NCBI GenBank assembly: GCA_951406725.2
Contig: OX597819.1
Coordinates: 28,706,001 to 28,770,000 of the forward strand
Reading direction: 5' to 3'
Length of the DNA: 64,000 bases
DNA from: Octopus vulgaris
Taxonomy: Eukaryota
Shown here: positions 1-12,606 of the stretch, piece by piece
Layout: each line of letters opens with the position of its first letter
Numbering within the stretch: the first letter of the stretch is position 1
Translations under genes and position numbers: made by a program
The notes under the pieces: generated by a model
Told to the model about the DNA's origin: nothing
The model's database searches: none
The model's input: only the letters and a program-made list of their open reading frames with translations

Positions 1-1050
1 GATTCTGTAAACTAAAAAACAAATGGTAGTCTGAAGGAGCAAGTTTGGGAGAATAAGGTGGATGAGGAAATTTTTCTCAACTGAGCTCTTTGATCTTCTG
101 TGATATGATATTTGCAGTGTGGGGTCATGCATTGTCCTGATGAAACATCACTCCTTTTTGATTCACTAAAGTGGATCTTTTTTTCTTCAAAGCTTGCTTC
201 AAATGCTCTAATTGCTGACAGTAGACTTGAGCATTAATTGTTGCATTAGGTGGTAACAATTCAAAGTGAATTACTCCTTTGCAATCCCACCAGATAGAGG
301 GAAGAACCTTTTTCCATGAAGTGCCCTTCTCGGTTGTGGTTGAGCTTTTTCTCTTTTACCAAGCCACTGTTTATGATGTTTAACATTTTGATAGAAGATC
401 CATTTTTCGCCACCAGTCACAAGTCTATCCAAAAAGGGGGAAATGAGTTTGCGAGAATGGAGAGAAGAGTAGCTATCAACTCAGGATTTGTGGCAATTCA
501 CGAGGCACCCATTTTCCAAGTTTAGGAGCCTTTCCAAGTTGTTGAAGATGACGATGAACAGTTGTATGGTTTTAACTAAGCTTTATTGCCAATCCTTCAA
601 CTGATAATGCAGGATTTTCTTCAAGTAATGCCTCAAGGAGCTTATCATCAAACTCGACTGGATATCCTGTTTGATCTTCATCTTCAAAGCTGAAATCTCC
701 ACTTCTGAATTTTGCAAACCATCTTCTGCAAGTTCTTTCATTCAAGCATTCTTTCCCATAAACTGAGTGTATGTTTTGAGTTGCTTTTGAGTCGCTTCAG
801 CAGCAGAGTTTCCTTTTTTGTACTCATAAAGCATTATGTGCCTTAAATGCTCTTTGGATACTTCCATGTTAGAAAGGGTTTTGATCAAAGAAATTTTAAT
901 TCTATTATTCTGTAAAATAATATTTAATTATTTTAAATGTACACAAAGGCATAAAAATAATTTTTAATTCCATTAGACATTCTAAAATACTATTAAATTT
1001 CATTCAATTTTAAAAAAGGTAAAATCGGACAGAACTTATGGGAGACCTGA
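1..1050 (-). mobile_element. Mariner transposon, degenerate; 5' TIR plus transposase remnant running off the window
   Basis: Minus strand: TA + TIR-like TCAGGTCTCCCATAAGTTCTGTCCGATTTT (1050-1021). ATG at 867 gives MEVSKEHLRHIMLYEYKKGNSAAEATQK. Downstream remnants PFLDRLVTGGEKWI, TINAQVYCQQL and VMFHQDNA match mariner transposase motifs, with stops and frameshifts. Confidence 0.9.
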
Positions 1051-1074
1051 TACATGCACACAAATACACACACA

Positions 1075-1232
1075 CATGATGGATTTCTACATAGTTTGTA
1101 GCTTCCAAATTCACTCACAAGTCATTGATCAGCCCAGGGCTATAGTAAAAGACACTTGTTCAAAGTGTTGTACAGTGGGACTGAACCTGAAACCACATGA
1201 TTGCAAAGCAAGCTTCTTAACCACACAGCCAT
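1075..1232 (-). mobile_element. tRNA-derived SINE type A, head fragment (second copy 1663-1829)
   Basis: Diverged reverse complement of the 38706 SINE head (GGCTGTGTGGTTAAGAAGCTTGC...GGTTCAGTCCCACTG). Confidence 0.8.
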
Positions 1233-1342
1233 GTGTAATGGATTGGTGGAACTATAAGAATGCCAGACAGGTGATATGCAATATTTGTTTTAGCTCTTTG
1301 CAATCTAAGTTCAAATTCCATCATGGTCTCTTGGCTGGAAGT

Positions 1343-1470
1343 CACTAGCATAGCTGGAGTGTGTGCTGCCCCTGGGCCCCAACAAAAAATACATATTGCC
1401 TACAGCAGTGCTGCCCCAATAAATGTGTTACCTGGAATGGACTGCATCCCCACCTCTAGCTACACTAGTG
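1343..1470. mobile_element. 128-bp hAT-like MITE
   Basis: Imperfect TIRs CACTAGCATAGCTGGAG / CTCTAGCTACACTAGTG; flanks CTGGAAGT / CTGGTAAT (6 of 8 match, 8-bp TSD-like). Confidence 0.6.
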
Positions 1471-2733
1471 CTGGTAATCTTAGCCCATCATCTGATTTAA
1501 CACCCCTTCCTGATATCTTGGGTACCTTTAGCAGCATCTGCTCTATGTTGGCATGGTTGACAGGTTGTCAAGTGATGGTAGAGAACAAAAAGAAAAGGAC
1601 ACATATATATGTACCGAAATACACACACACATACATGTGCACAAATACACACACACACATACATGATGGGCTTCTACACAGTTTCCAGCTGCCAAATTTA
1701 CTCACAAGACATTGATCAACCCAGGGTTATAATAAAAGACACTTGCCCAAAGTGCTGCAGAATGGGACTGAACCTGAAGTGACATGATTGCAAAGCAAGC
1801 TTCTTAACCATGCAGCTATGGCTGTACCTATAAGAAAATAATTGAAATAACTTTTCACTTGTTTCTGAATCAACCTTGTACTTTACAATGCACAGTTTCT
1901 ATGACTCCATCTTATCTTCATTTTCTTCCATAATGATATTCTCTCATACAGATGCATCGCCATCCTTCTAATCTTCACAATTTCCTTTTATGATATCAAC
2001 AAGTTTTAATCTTGATTCAGCGAAAGTTTTTGGAAGCCCTAAGGCAAAAATGATGCTCCTTCTACACTAAGTCGCAGAAAAGAGATACAAGAAAGTCAAT
2101 GCAAGGGAGAAATATTAAAACAAAAAATACCCTCAAAAACCACCAAAACATAGATATGAATGCACACACTCGCATGTGTATAAAAAAACACACACATATG
2201 TACACTCTGTCACATTCACGCTCCTTCCCCTTTTCTTTCTTCCACTCAAACATACTTTCTTTCAATTAATATCTTGATATCTGCAAAAACAATAGTTCTG
2301 TATGAACAATTCATCATCTGATACAAAAAAAAAGTCTATAAACAAATTAATACATAATTTTTTTTTAAAGAAATATGAACAGAATATATAATTGAACAAC
2401 CAAATAAATATATAAAATCCAAAATATATTTATATATTTAGAAAATAAAATTTTAAAAAATGCTATGATTGCAAATTGAGGATTCCAAAACACACCTTAT
2501 TTGTTAACTGTACTAACATTTTCATCTGTTTTTTTCTCGCTGATCTGAGATAACTTTCCCTGGTGGGACACACCACTTCTTTCTATGGACAAGAGAACAA
2601 CTAACTTCAAACAAATCCAATCCAATGCATACAGAAAAATATTAATGTAAATAAAGTAAGATGGCTTATAGATTAATTCAGAATAATGAAATGACAGGAA
2701 TAAGAATGGAAGTAATTCTCTGAGTGGACAGGT

Positions 2734-2746
2734 GTGTATGTATATG

Positions 2747-2778
<32 letters not shown>

Positions 2779-3563
2779 TGTATGTATGTATGTATGTATG
2801 TATGTATGTATGTATGTATGTATGTATGTATGTATGTATGTATGTATGTATGTATGTATGTGTGTGTGTGTGTGTGTGCATATGTGTGTGGTGTGTGAGT
2901 ATATATATGTGTGTGTGTATATATGTATATGTGTTTGTGTGTGTATGTATATATATATATATATATATGACAAATAGATATATATGTAAATTTTTTATAC
3001 ACATATATAAACATAATAATACATAAATGTATGTATAATTAATTCAGTAGAAGTGAGACACAAAAAATATTTATTCCATATGTTTACAAGTGTTTCATAT
3101 ATATATATATTTGTAGGTCCCGGGTTGAGTCGGGGTTAACCACAGTAAATAAGGTACTCAATACATAGCAGAGTAAAATTAATTTATTATATAGAAGGAG
3201 CTTCTACAGGACTAGAACTGTTTCATTCAAGAGAAATCATCAGGAAGCTAGTTAACAAGAATTGTATTGGCATTTATACATTTAGGCAGGTTTAAAGGGG
3301 TGGTGGTGGGGGACTTTTTGGGGGTAGGCATAGCGCAAAAATATCATACTTGGGGGAGTGGTCAAGGAGTGAGTGGTAAATTAGATAAAAGAATAAATAA
3401 AAGAATAAAAAAAATATATAGAAGAATAGAGTTTTAGGTAAATAAGGAGATTCTCACTTATACATATACACATATGTATATATATACACACACACACACA
3501 CATATACATACACACATACATACACACACACACATATATATATACATATATATATACATACAC

Positions 3564-3610
<47 letters not shown>

Positions 3611-3782
3611 TATGCACATATACATACACACACACATGTATATATACATACACGACCACACATACATATACACACAAAAAAATATATACATACACACACA
3701 TACACATACACACATACACATACATATCCACATACACACATGCACACACAAGTCCCTATATACACATATATACATATATATA

Positions 3783-3814
<32 letters not shown>

Positions 3815-4202
3815 CACATGTGTACCTATACATACCTACACATACACACATATACATACAAATACAAACCCATTCCCTAATTTTAATTTTATTATTATCT
3901 TCATTTATTACTTTTGTTATCTTTGACCGCGGGTCACAAGCATCTTGGCTACGACAGCAAGTCCATTTATCTTTCTACTTGAACACAAGCACTCACTCAC
4001 GCACGCACGCTCACTCATTCGTACACTCATACACATACACACACGCACGCTTTATATTCATACATACATACATCTACATACATTCACATATATACACATA
4101 CGTACGCGTACCTACAGATTCATGTCTACACGCTTAGAAGACTAGTCCATACATATACACCAATAAATATATATACACACATACATATACACCTACATAC
4201 AA

Positions 4203-4260
<58 letters not shown>

Positions 4261-4386
4261 GTATATATACATACATACATACACCCATACATACATACAT
4301 ATATACACATACACACACCCACACATATACATATACATACATATACGCGCATACATACACATACATATACATACATATACACATAC

Positions 4387-4421
<35 letters not shown>

Positions 4422-4794
4422 CACATACATACATGTACATACATACATATACATATATACACACACACATACATACACATATACATATACACACACATAC
4501 ACATATACATGCGTACCCATACACACACACACACGCGCGCATCCATATATGCACATAAGTACACACATGCGTAAAAGTATACATATATCTATACATATGC
4601 TTACACATACACACACACACACGCGCCTCCTTATGTTCATATACTTACATGCATACTCAAAAAAATAAATAATAAAATATATATACGTGCAGTTATTCAT
4701 ATACATACATGCATACTCAAAAAATAAATAATAAATATTAAGTATATATACGTGAAGTTACCTATTATACAGACGGATACATACATATAAACTT

Positions 4795-4833
<39 letters not shown>

Positions 4834-4974
4834 TATATACATACTTACACATATGTACATATACATACACACATACATAACTCTACGTACCTACATATAC
4901 ATAAACACACGAGCGTACACGTATATTTACATATACACATACACATACACACACATACATACATACATATACAT

Positions 4975-5025
<51 letters not shown>

Positions 5026-5050
5026 CATATACATACACACACATACACAT

Positions 5051-5098
<48 letters not shown>
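2734..5098. repeat. Compound (TATG)n/(TA)n/(CA)n microsatellite field with small embedded elements
   Basis: Directly visible. Similar fields at 7234-8060, 31060-31320, 43605-43920, 57957-58150 and 60280-60545. Confidence 0.95.
3199..3249 (-). ncRNA. Type I hammerhead ribozyme motif
   Basis: Minus strand: AGCTTC-CTGATGA-tTTCtcttGAAt-GAAA-CAGttctagtcCTG-TA-GAAGCT. 6-bp stem I, canonical core, 4-bp stem III, GUA cleavage triplet; stem II closing pair is mismatched. Confidence 0.8.
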
Positions 5099-5185
5099 AA
5101 GGGTGAAAAGGAACACACGAGTTGATATATATGAAAAAACAAGTCAAAAATAGAAAATGCTAAAATAATTTTATAGTGAACATTT

Positions 5186-5223
5186 CAGTACCGGTTTCGG
5201 TCATTTTGAGACCTTTTCAACTG
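5186..5223 (-). ncRNA. Minimal type I HHR with variant core, at the 3' end of PLE1
   Basis: CAG-TTGAAAA-GGTCtcaaaatGACC-GAAA-CCGG-TA-CTG; palindromic stem III ACCGGT; core differs from CUGANGA. Confidence 0.65.
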
Positions 5224-5952
5224 TAACGATTAAATAATTAAATTTAGAAAAATTAGGAGAAAATTTTTTTTAAAAGAATATTTCTATAGTAGTGTTCAGA
5301 TTTAAGTGGCATTCTGCCTTTCTCTGACTCCCTTGTTTGCACTTGTGTGTTGGAGGTCGTTGTGAGTTCTTGGTAGGGTAGTAGAGGAAGAAAGCTGGTG
5401 AGGAAAGGGGGTGGGAGGATCTGGGAGTGCCCTGATGGTCGTATTTTGAATGGTCAGTGGCGGCTGGCAGTCTCAGTTCAATTCAGGAGAATATTTATAT
5501 TGACAGGCTTGTTTATAGAATTTGCGTAGGTGTTATACTAAAAAACATTAGTGACAAAGTTAAGGGGTAGGAGGTGGAGAAGTAGAAGAAGAAGAAGAAG
5601 AAGAAGAAGAAGAAGAAGAAGAAGAAGAAGAAGAAGAAGAAGAAGATGACGACGATGATGATGATGATGAAGGAGCAGAAGAAGAAGGAGAAGGAGAAGA
5701 TGACGATGATGGTGATGGTGGTGATGATTATGACGACGATGATGATGATAATGATGATGATGAAGAAGAAGAAGAAGAAGAAGAAAAAACAGAGAAGGGA
5801 GAATATGATTGGGTTAAAGTAGTGAGGTGTTGTATGACTTGAAGTTGGTATGTTATGGATTATAGCTGTGATTTAAACTGTGATTAGTAATGGATTCTTT
5901 GGAATGTAATATTTGTGTGTGAATATTTCTTTTATTCTAAAGTTGAGGTATA

Positions 5953-7230
5953 TTAATTGTTTGTCGTAGACCCGTTAAGAAGTGGCCTGTATTTTGCAAT
6001 AAAGAGAGTTTCTTTACTTATTCGTTGTCTCGAGGTTGTATCGTCCCTAAATTGGTAGAGGGGGAAAATCCTGAAGCTTGGTGTTTTTTTGTTGGCGCAA
6101 GTATCTATGTGTTGGCTAAAAGCTATTTTTCTGTTTTGGGAATTTTTATCTGGGATCTGTGCAGGGCCATTCGTTTACGCAAACTATTTTTTGTTTGGCC
6201 TATGTACTGCTCTTGACACCCGGAGCAGGTTAGTGAGTATATTAGGTTCTCCGAAGCACATGTGAAGTTGCTTTTCACTGTAAACCGTTGTCCCTGTTTG
6301 AAGGAGAACTCTGATCCCTCAATTAGATAGTCGCATATCCCGCAATTGGGTCTTCCACATTTTTTTACTGTCGGCTTCTGTGTTGAGGAGTGAATTCGGG
6401 CTTGTGTTAGGAGGCTTTTCATGGATTTAGGCTGTCTCTTGCTTTTTATGATCGTGTGTGTTTGGAGGATTGTGTTCATTCTGTGGTCTTTTTTTAGGAG
6501 GGGTATGTTGTGGAGGATGGTGCCGAAGGCTTCGTTATTGAGAGGGTTGTGTGTGGAGATGTATGGTAAGGCTTTTGGTTGTAAGTTTTTCTTTGATTTG
6601 GGATGTCTCAGTTCCTTGATGTTAAGTTGAAGGGCACGTTGAATGCACTTGTCAATAAGTGAAGGTGGATAGTTCCTGGTGATAAGGGTATCTTTTAGTT
6701 CTTGTAGTCGTGTGTCTCTGGTGTTTGCGTTTGAGACTATAGTGCATATCCTTTTTGCTAGGTTGAAGGGGATATTCATTCTGGTGTGTCTGGGGTGGCA
6801 TGAATTGAATGGAAGATATTGCTTAGAGTCTGTAGGCTTATAATATATGTCTGTTTCTATTATATTATTAGCTTTTTTAATGAGGATATCGAGGAAGGGG
6901 AGTTGTTGCTGGCTATATTCCATCGTGAATTGGATGTTTACGTCCAGTCCGTTTAAAATTTCCTGGAATTCTATGAGTTTTTCTATATTTTTATGCCAAA
7001 GGATGAAACAGTCATCTAGATATCTCTTCCAGTTGTTTTCTATGTAGATGGAGTAAGGGCTGCCATATCTTTCGAGAACCTTACGATACAGACTGATCTC
7101 TAGATATCCTATGACTAGGTTGGCAAAGGAGGGGGCCATTCGCGTACCCATTGCAGTCCCCGATTTTTGTCGGTAGAAGTTGTCATTGAAGGCGAAGAAG
7201 TTATTTTCCAGGATGAATTTAACTCCTTCT

Positions 7231-7233
<3 letters not shown>
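5953..7233 (-). pseudogene. PLE RT / GIY-YIG endonuclease ORF remnant
   Basis: [53 protein letters not shown] zinc linker, NLIYSLTCSGCQEQYIGQT. After a frameshift near 6135 it continues FSQHIDTC...KETLFIAKYRPLLN to a stop at 5953. The N-terminal part of ORF 6123..7613 is microsatellite. Confidence 0.9.
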
Positions 7234-7282
<49 letters not shown>

Positions 7283-7357
7283 CATATACATACATATACA
7301 TATACACACATACACACACACACACATATATATACACACATACATATACATACACAC

Positions 7358-7403
<46 letters not shown>

Positions 7404-7469
7404 GTGTGCATACATACATACATTCTCATACACACACACACACTTACACATACGTATATACACACACTT

Positions 7470-7512
<43 letters not shown>

Positions 7513-7528
7513 TATACACACACATATT

Positions 7529-7564
<36 letters not shown>

Positions 7565-7727
7565 CACACATACACATACACACATATATATACATATATA
7601 CATACATATACACACATACTCACACACACACATATATATACATACATACACATACACATACATATATATATATATATACATATATATACACACATGCACA
7701 TACGTATAACTCTACATACCTACATAT

Positions 7728-7778
<51 letters not shown>

Positions 7779-7970
7779 TATATACCCATCTACAATCTGT
7801 ATATACACACACATACATGCACATACACATAACTCTACATACCTACATATACATCGACATACTCGCGTACACTTCTATATATATATATACATATACACAC
7901 ACATATACATATATATATATATATAAATATATATATACACACATATATATATACACACACACACACACAT

Positions 7971-8053
<83 letters not shown>

Positions 8054-8329
8054 GTGAGTGAAAGAAATAGATGAATTATATATACACATGTATATCAGTT
8101 TCATAATAATATTATGATATTGTGAATATTGTTTACCCTGGTTTGATTCAGAATAGGTAAGTATAACCCTGTGCATTATAAGAGGTGGTTGAAATTGTTG
8201 GCAACATGAAAAAAGGGAATGAAAGGATGATAAAGTTGATGATGATGGTATGCATATATATATACATACATATATGTGTGTGTGTGTATATATATAATAT
8301 AAATGATATATAAATATATGCATATATAC

Positions 8330-8394
<65 letters not shown>

Positions 8395-8614
8395 TAAATT
8401 TAAAAAAAATAATTAATAAATAAAATAATATATAAAAATAAAAATATACATACATACATATATATATATATTTGTATATATATATTAAATTTATAAGTTT
8501 AAATTATTTAAATAATTTTAAAAACTTTTATATTTTTAAATTAATTTTATGTATCGGCTTATGTTTTTCACTGTTTGATTTGCCTAATAGTGGTTTTATC
8601 TCTAATTTAATATA

Positions 8615-8661
<47 letters not shown>

Positions 8662-9156
8662 TATATGTGTACAGGACATCAAAAGAATGTGAACAAAATG
8701 AGAAGCAAGAACATAAAAAAACAAAAACACAGAAAACGAACATTTTCCGAAAAACTAAAGAAACAAATAGAGAAACAAGACAGGCAACATAAGAACATTC
8801 CCTTCCTCAGTTATTCCTTGTTTTATCTACTCTGCATTTCGAAGGTAGGGACACAACGCGACTTTGTTAAAACAGTCCTTCCCACAAAGCAAATTAAATA
8901 AAATTTGGGACTTTTTTTGTGGCGATTTAAACTGGTAACAAAAATAGGACAGTAAGAACAAAACAGTAAAAACAAATGGTGAGGGCTGTTAAGCCAAGAC
9001 GATGTGAAGTGGTGAATGCTGGAAAAACGAGCTTTGAGAAGAAACAGGCAAAAATATGTCTTGTGTTTAGGAAGGTAGTGGAAGAAAGAAAGATAGATAG
9101 CCGTTGGTCATGTGTGAGCAATGAGAGAGTCAAGGAGGAAGAGTGAGAGAGAGAGT

Positions 9157-9528
9157 GAGTGGTTGTATACTGTCAACATAATGTGACAGTCCCGTAAAGG
9201 GAATCACACCACTGCTATTTAGCCCTAGGAAGCATTGACGCTTCCTGTCGGCTTTGACACTATTCCTGTGTCCTTATATTTGCAAAGGGGAGGCAAGCAC
9301 CCCCGCCAGCTAGGATTAGCACCTGAAGACATGAATGTTTCTGGGTCCTGCCCGTCATCAGTCCAGGGTAGCAAGTCCTGCTAGTTGAGATACTTGCCAA
9401 GCCCTCGCAAATATATATATTTACAGTGAAATCTATTCACTGATCACCGTAATTAGAAATATTGAATTTCTAAATGTGTCTCAAAGAGACATGAGCGGTG
9501 GTGGAGCGATAGAGTGGTTGTACACTGT
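9157..9528 (-). mobile_element. Candidate retrozyme-like non-coding element, 355-bp unit
   Basis: 17-bp direct repeat GAGTGGTTGTA(T/C)ACTGT at 9157 and 9512; internal HHR; long rod at 9275-9414; no ORF. Confidence 0.55.
9322..9367 (-). ncRNA. Type I hammerhead ribozyme
   Basis: CCTGGA-CTGATGA-cGGGcaggaCCCa-GAAA-CATtcATG-TC-TTCAGG; canonical core, GUC triplet, 6-bp stem I. Confidence 0.88.
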
Positions 9529-9690
9529 TACGTTACGTTATCTTTATATATTATATATATAAAGCATATGTTATACATGTATGTATATTGTTGTAATTGT
9601 CATTTTAGTAAATAAATAAATAAATTGACATAATATAATGTCTAAAAGTTGATGAATCCCACCTATTGATCCCCTCCTATTTCTTATTAC

Positions 9691-9757
<67 letters not shown>

Positions 9758-10015
9758 CATCATCATCATCATCATCATTTAGCGTCCGCTTTCCATGCTA
9801 GCATGGGTTGGACGGTTCAACTGGGGTCTGTGAAGCCAGAAGGCTGCATCAGGCCCAGTCTGATCTGGCACACATATATATATATTTCGATGGCCCGATA
9901 ACTAAAGAGATGGCTGTGTGGGTTTCCGCCCCGACATCCAAAACTTGGAGTTTTATCATGGCTACCAAATAATTGTCATATATTATATTTACAGATATAT
10001 ATATATATATATATA

Positions 10016-10292
10016 TCACCGTGACCGACCAGGCTATCAGATGTTGCTACACATCGCTGGTCACAATGCGCTTCGCATTGTTTTAGCCTTCAAACGACGC
10101 CACCCCGCTGGCTAAGCAAGCAGGCCAACAGAAGAAAGAGTGAGAGAATGCTGTGGCGAAAGAGTACAGCAGGGATTGCCACCACCCCCTGCCGGAGCCT
10201 TGTATAGCTTTAGGTGTTTTCGTTCAATAAACACTCACAATGCCTGATCTGGGAATCGAAACCGCGATCTTACGACTGCAAGTCCGCTGCAC
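10016..10292 (-). mobile_element. tRNA-derived SINE type C (tail 1)
   Basis: Reverse complement of 14285-14587. Confidence 0.85.
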
Positions 10293-10295
10293 CTC

Positions 10296-10402
<107 letters not shown>

Positions 10403-10618
10403 GAGGAGTTGATGAAAAGTTACTGGCTTCAAGGGTATTGCAAAAGGCCTGGTTGGAGGACTAACCTTCTGAGTTCTTTTACAGGGCTTAGAAAAACTGA
10501 AGGACTACTGCACTAAATTTGCGAATCTGAGAGGGGAATATGTTGAATGAAATCATAATAAACTGACCCTCCAGTATTTTCATTTTACCCAAAGCCAGGA
10601 TGTTTTCAGCACCTCCTC
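10403..10618 (+). mobile_element. About 215-bp mariner-derived MITE (second copy, opposite orientation, 28329-28541)
   Basis: Imperfect TIRs GAGGAGTTGATGAAAAGTTACTGGCTT / AAGCCAGGATGTTTTCAGCACCTCCTC; internal remnant of the transposase C-terminus (NLRGEYVE*). Confidence 0.7.
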
Positions 10619-11269
10619 TCACACACACATACAGGGTGGCACACAGAAAAATAGCCATAGTGCAAATGTTAAAATCTATATATACAGGAAAAAGTACCTA
10701 GCCTTTCATTGACTGTTTGTTACATTACCTTCACTGCATCCTCACCACATTCAATGAACATCTGTAGCCATTTCTGCAAGATGATGTACTCAATAGCGGA
10801 AAGAGAGCATATGAGAGAAGGAGTTTGGTTAAGCAAAGATGTGAAATTTTTGTAGTGAAGTTATTGGGCAAAGGCTTATCAGCAAAGAGAATGATATAAA
10901 TGTTGGTTAAGAAGTGGTGTACAATGCTCCAAAACAATGAGATCCTACATTTTTGAATGCCAGAAGTTATTCAGAACATCCACCAAAAGATTACTTGAAG
11001 TCTAAAGAAGTCTACATGTAAATTGGTGCAGTAGACTCACATAAGCAGGAAATCATGCCAATGGGTGTTGAAAAGTTTAAAGTTGAAGCAAATATCATCT
11101 CACATGTGTACAGCAATTAAAAGTGGATGACAAAAGCAAACAAGAATACTACTGCACATGGTTTCTGCATAGCCTTGCTAATGGTGAGCGACATCCTTTC
11201 CAGCATTTGTAAAATTCATTTCTGTATTTACACTATACTACGGAATCTGGGGTACTTTTTCATGTGCTA

Positions 11270-11324
<55 letters not shown>

Positions 11325-11334
11325 TATGTAAGAA

Positions 11335-11933
11335 ATCAAAGTCAAATCGAATCAAGTCAAACCAAATCAAAATAGATGAACATCAATGAAATTTGTATCC
11401 TTGTGGTACCAATGCCGGTGGCACATAAGAAAACCATCCGAACGGGACCGTAGCCAGTACCGCATCGACTGGCCTCCGTGCCGTGGGCACATAACAAACA
11501 CCATCCGATCGTAGCCGTCCGCCAGCCTCGTCTGGCACCTGTGTCGGTGGCACATAAGAAAAACACTGAAAACACCATATCCGAGCGTGGCCGTCTGCCA
11601 GCCTCGTCTGGCACCTGTGTCGGTGGCACATAAAAAACACCATCCGAGCGTGGCCGTCTGCCAGCCTCGTCTGGCACCTGTGTCGGTGGCACATAAAAAA
11701 CACCATCCGAGCGTGGCCGTCTGCCAGCCTCGTCTGGCACCTGTGTCGGTGGCACATAAAATCACCCACTACACTCTCGGAGTGGTTGGCGTTAGGAAGG
11801 GCATCCAGCTGTAGAAACACTGCCAGATCTGACTGGCCTGGTGTAGCCTTCGGGCTTGCCAGACCCCAGTTGAACCGTCCAACCCATGCTAGCATGGAAA
11901 GCGGACGTTAAACGATGATGATGATGATGATGA
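11335..11933 (+). mobile_element. 5'-truncated RTE 3' end with about 60-bp internal tandem repeats and (GAT)n tail
   Basis: Matches 25260-25753. Other copies: 9757-9872(-), 13487-13690(+), 33556-33771(+), 35982-36477(-), 41235-41422(-), 46277-46476(+), 57391-57636(+), 58153-58378(-), 62530-62791(+), 62795-63250(-). Confidence 0.9.
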
Positions 11934-12006
11934 AAAATTATAGAAATTTTTTCTACCAGTGGCCTAGTATGTATACAAAGTCAATAGACATATTTTTCAT
12001 ATACAA

Positions 12007-12520
12007 ATTAGTGTACATTTAAACACAAAAGAGGCGAGCCTTAATAGGTTGCCTAACATACTAGAAAGAACAGTCAAAAAGTCCAAACCTCAGTTAAGGC
12101 CCATGGTAGAAAAAATTCTATAATTTTTGCTACCTTATATTAATTTTAAGAAATGATTTTACCAATATCTGAAGTTTAATCAGAATTATTATTTGCTTCC
12201 AATTGAATATGCGCTTGTGAGGAGGATTTGAAAAATTATAATATACAAGGATGAGACACATGTTACATGGTCTCTAATCTATAATATGTTAATGTTTTGG
12301 CATATCCGCTGATGAGAACTTCACCTTGAAAGTTATTTTATTTGCTAATTAAAGTTTGAAACCTGAGGTCCGGCTGTAAAACATGGTAAATGTTTTTACT
12401 TTTCATTCCCTTCGAAATCGCTCTTAACTTCTTAACTGTGGTCTGAACTTTTTGACTGTTCTTTCTAGTATGTTAGGTGACCTGTTATGGTTCACCTCTT
12501 TTGTGTTAAAATGTACACTA

Positions 12521-12522
<2 letters not shown>
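12007..12522 (+). mobile_element. Non-coding element with about 90-bp terminal inverted repeats and an internal HHR
   Basis: 12007-12098 is the reverse complement of 12431-12522 with scattered mismatches; HHR at 12302-12377; right end abuts (TA)n. Confidence 0.7.
12302..12377 (+). ncRNA. Type I HHR with a long stem II loop
   Basis: CCG-CTGATGA-GAACTT..30 nt..AAGTTT-GAAA-CCTGAGG-TC-CGG; stem III ACCT-G-AGGT; GUC triplet. Confidence 0.8.
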
Positions 12523-12601
<79 letters not shown>

Positions 12602-12606
12602 TATAT

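Larger units (their letters stand above)
5096..7233 (-). mobile_element. Penelope-like retroelement 1 (Neptune-type), 5'-truncated, inserted in a TA/CA microsatellite
   Basis: RT + GIY-YIG coding region, 3' region containing (TTC/TCA)n, terminal HHR motif; both ends abut (TA)n. Confidence 0.92.

Noticed and set aside
2497-8455. Many long YI/HT/CV-rich ORFs (also at 31 kb, 43.5 kb and 58-60 kb)
   Set aside because: These are translations of stop-free TA/CA/TG microsatellites.
8790-8890. Minus-strand GAAA...CTGAGGA arrangement suggesting a type II HHR
   Set aside because: I could not form convincing stems I and III.
11490-11765. Regularly spaced about 60-bp repeats resembling a CRISPR array
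   Set aside because: No unique spacers, eukaryotic context, no cas genes; they are RTE 3' UTR subrepeats.
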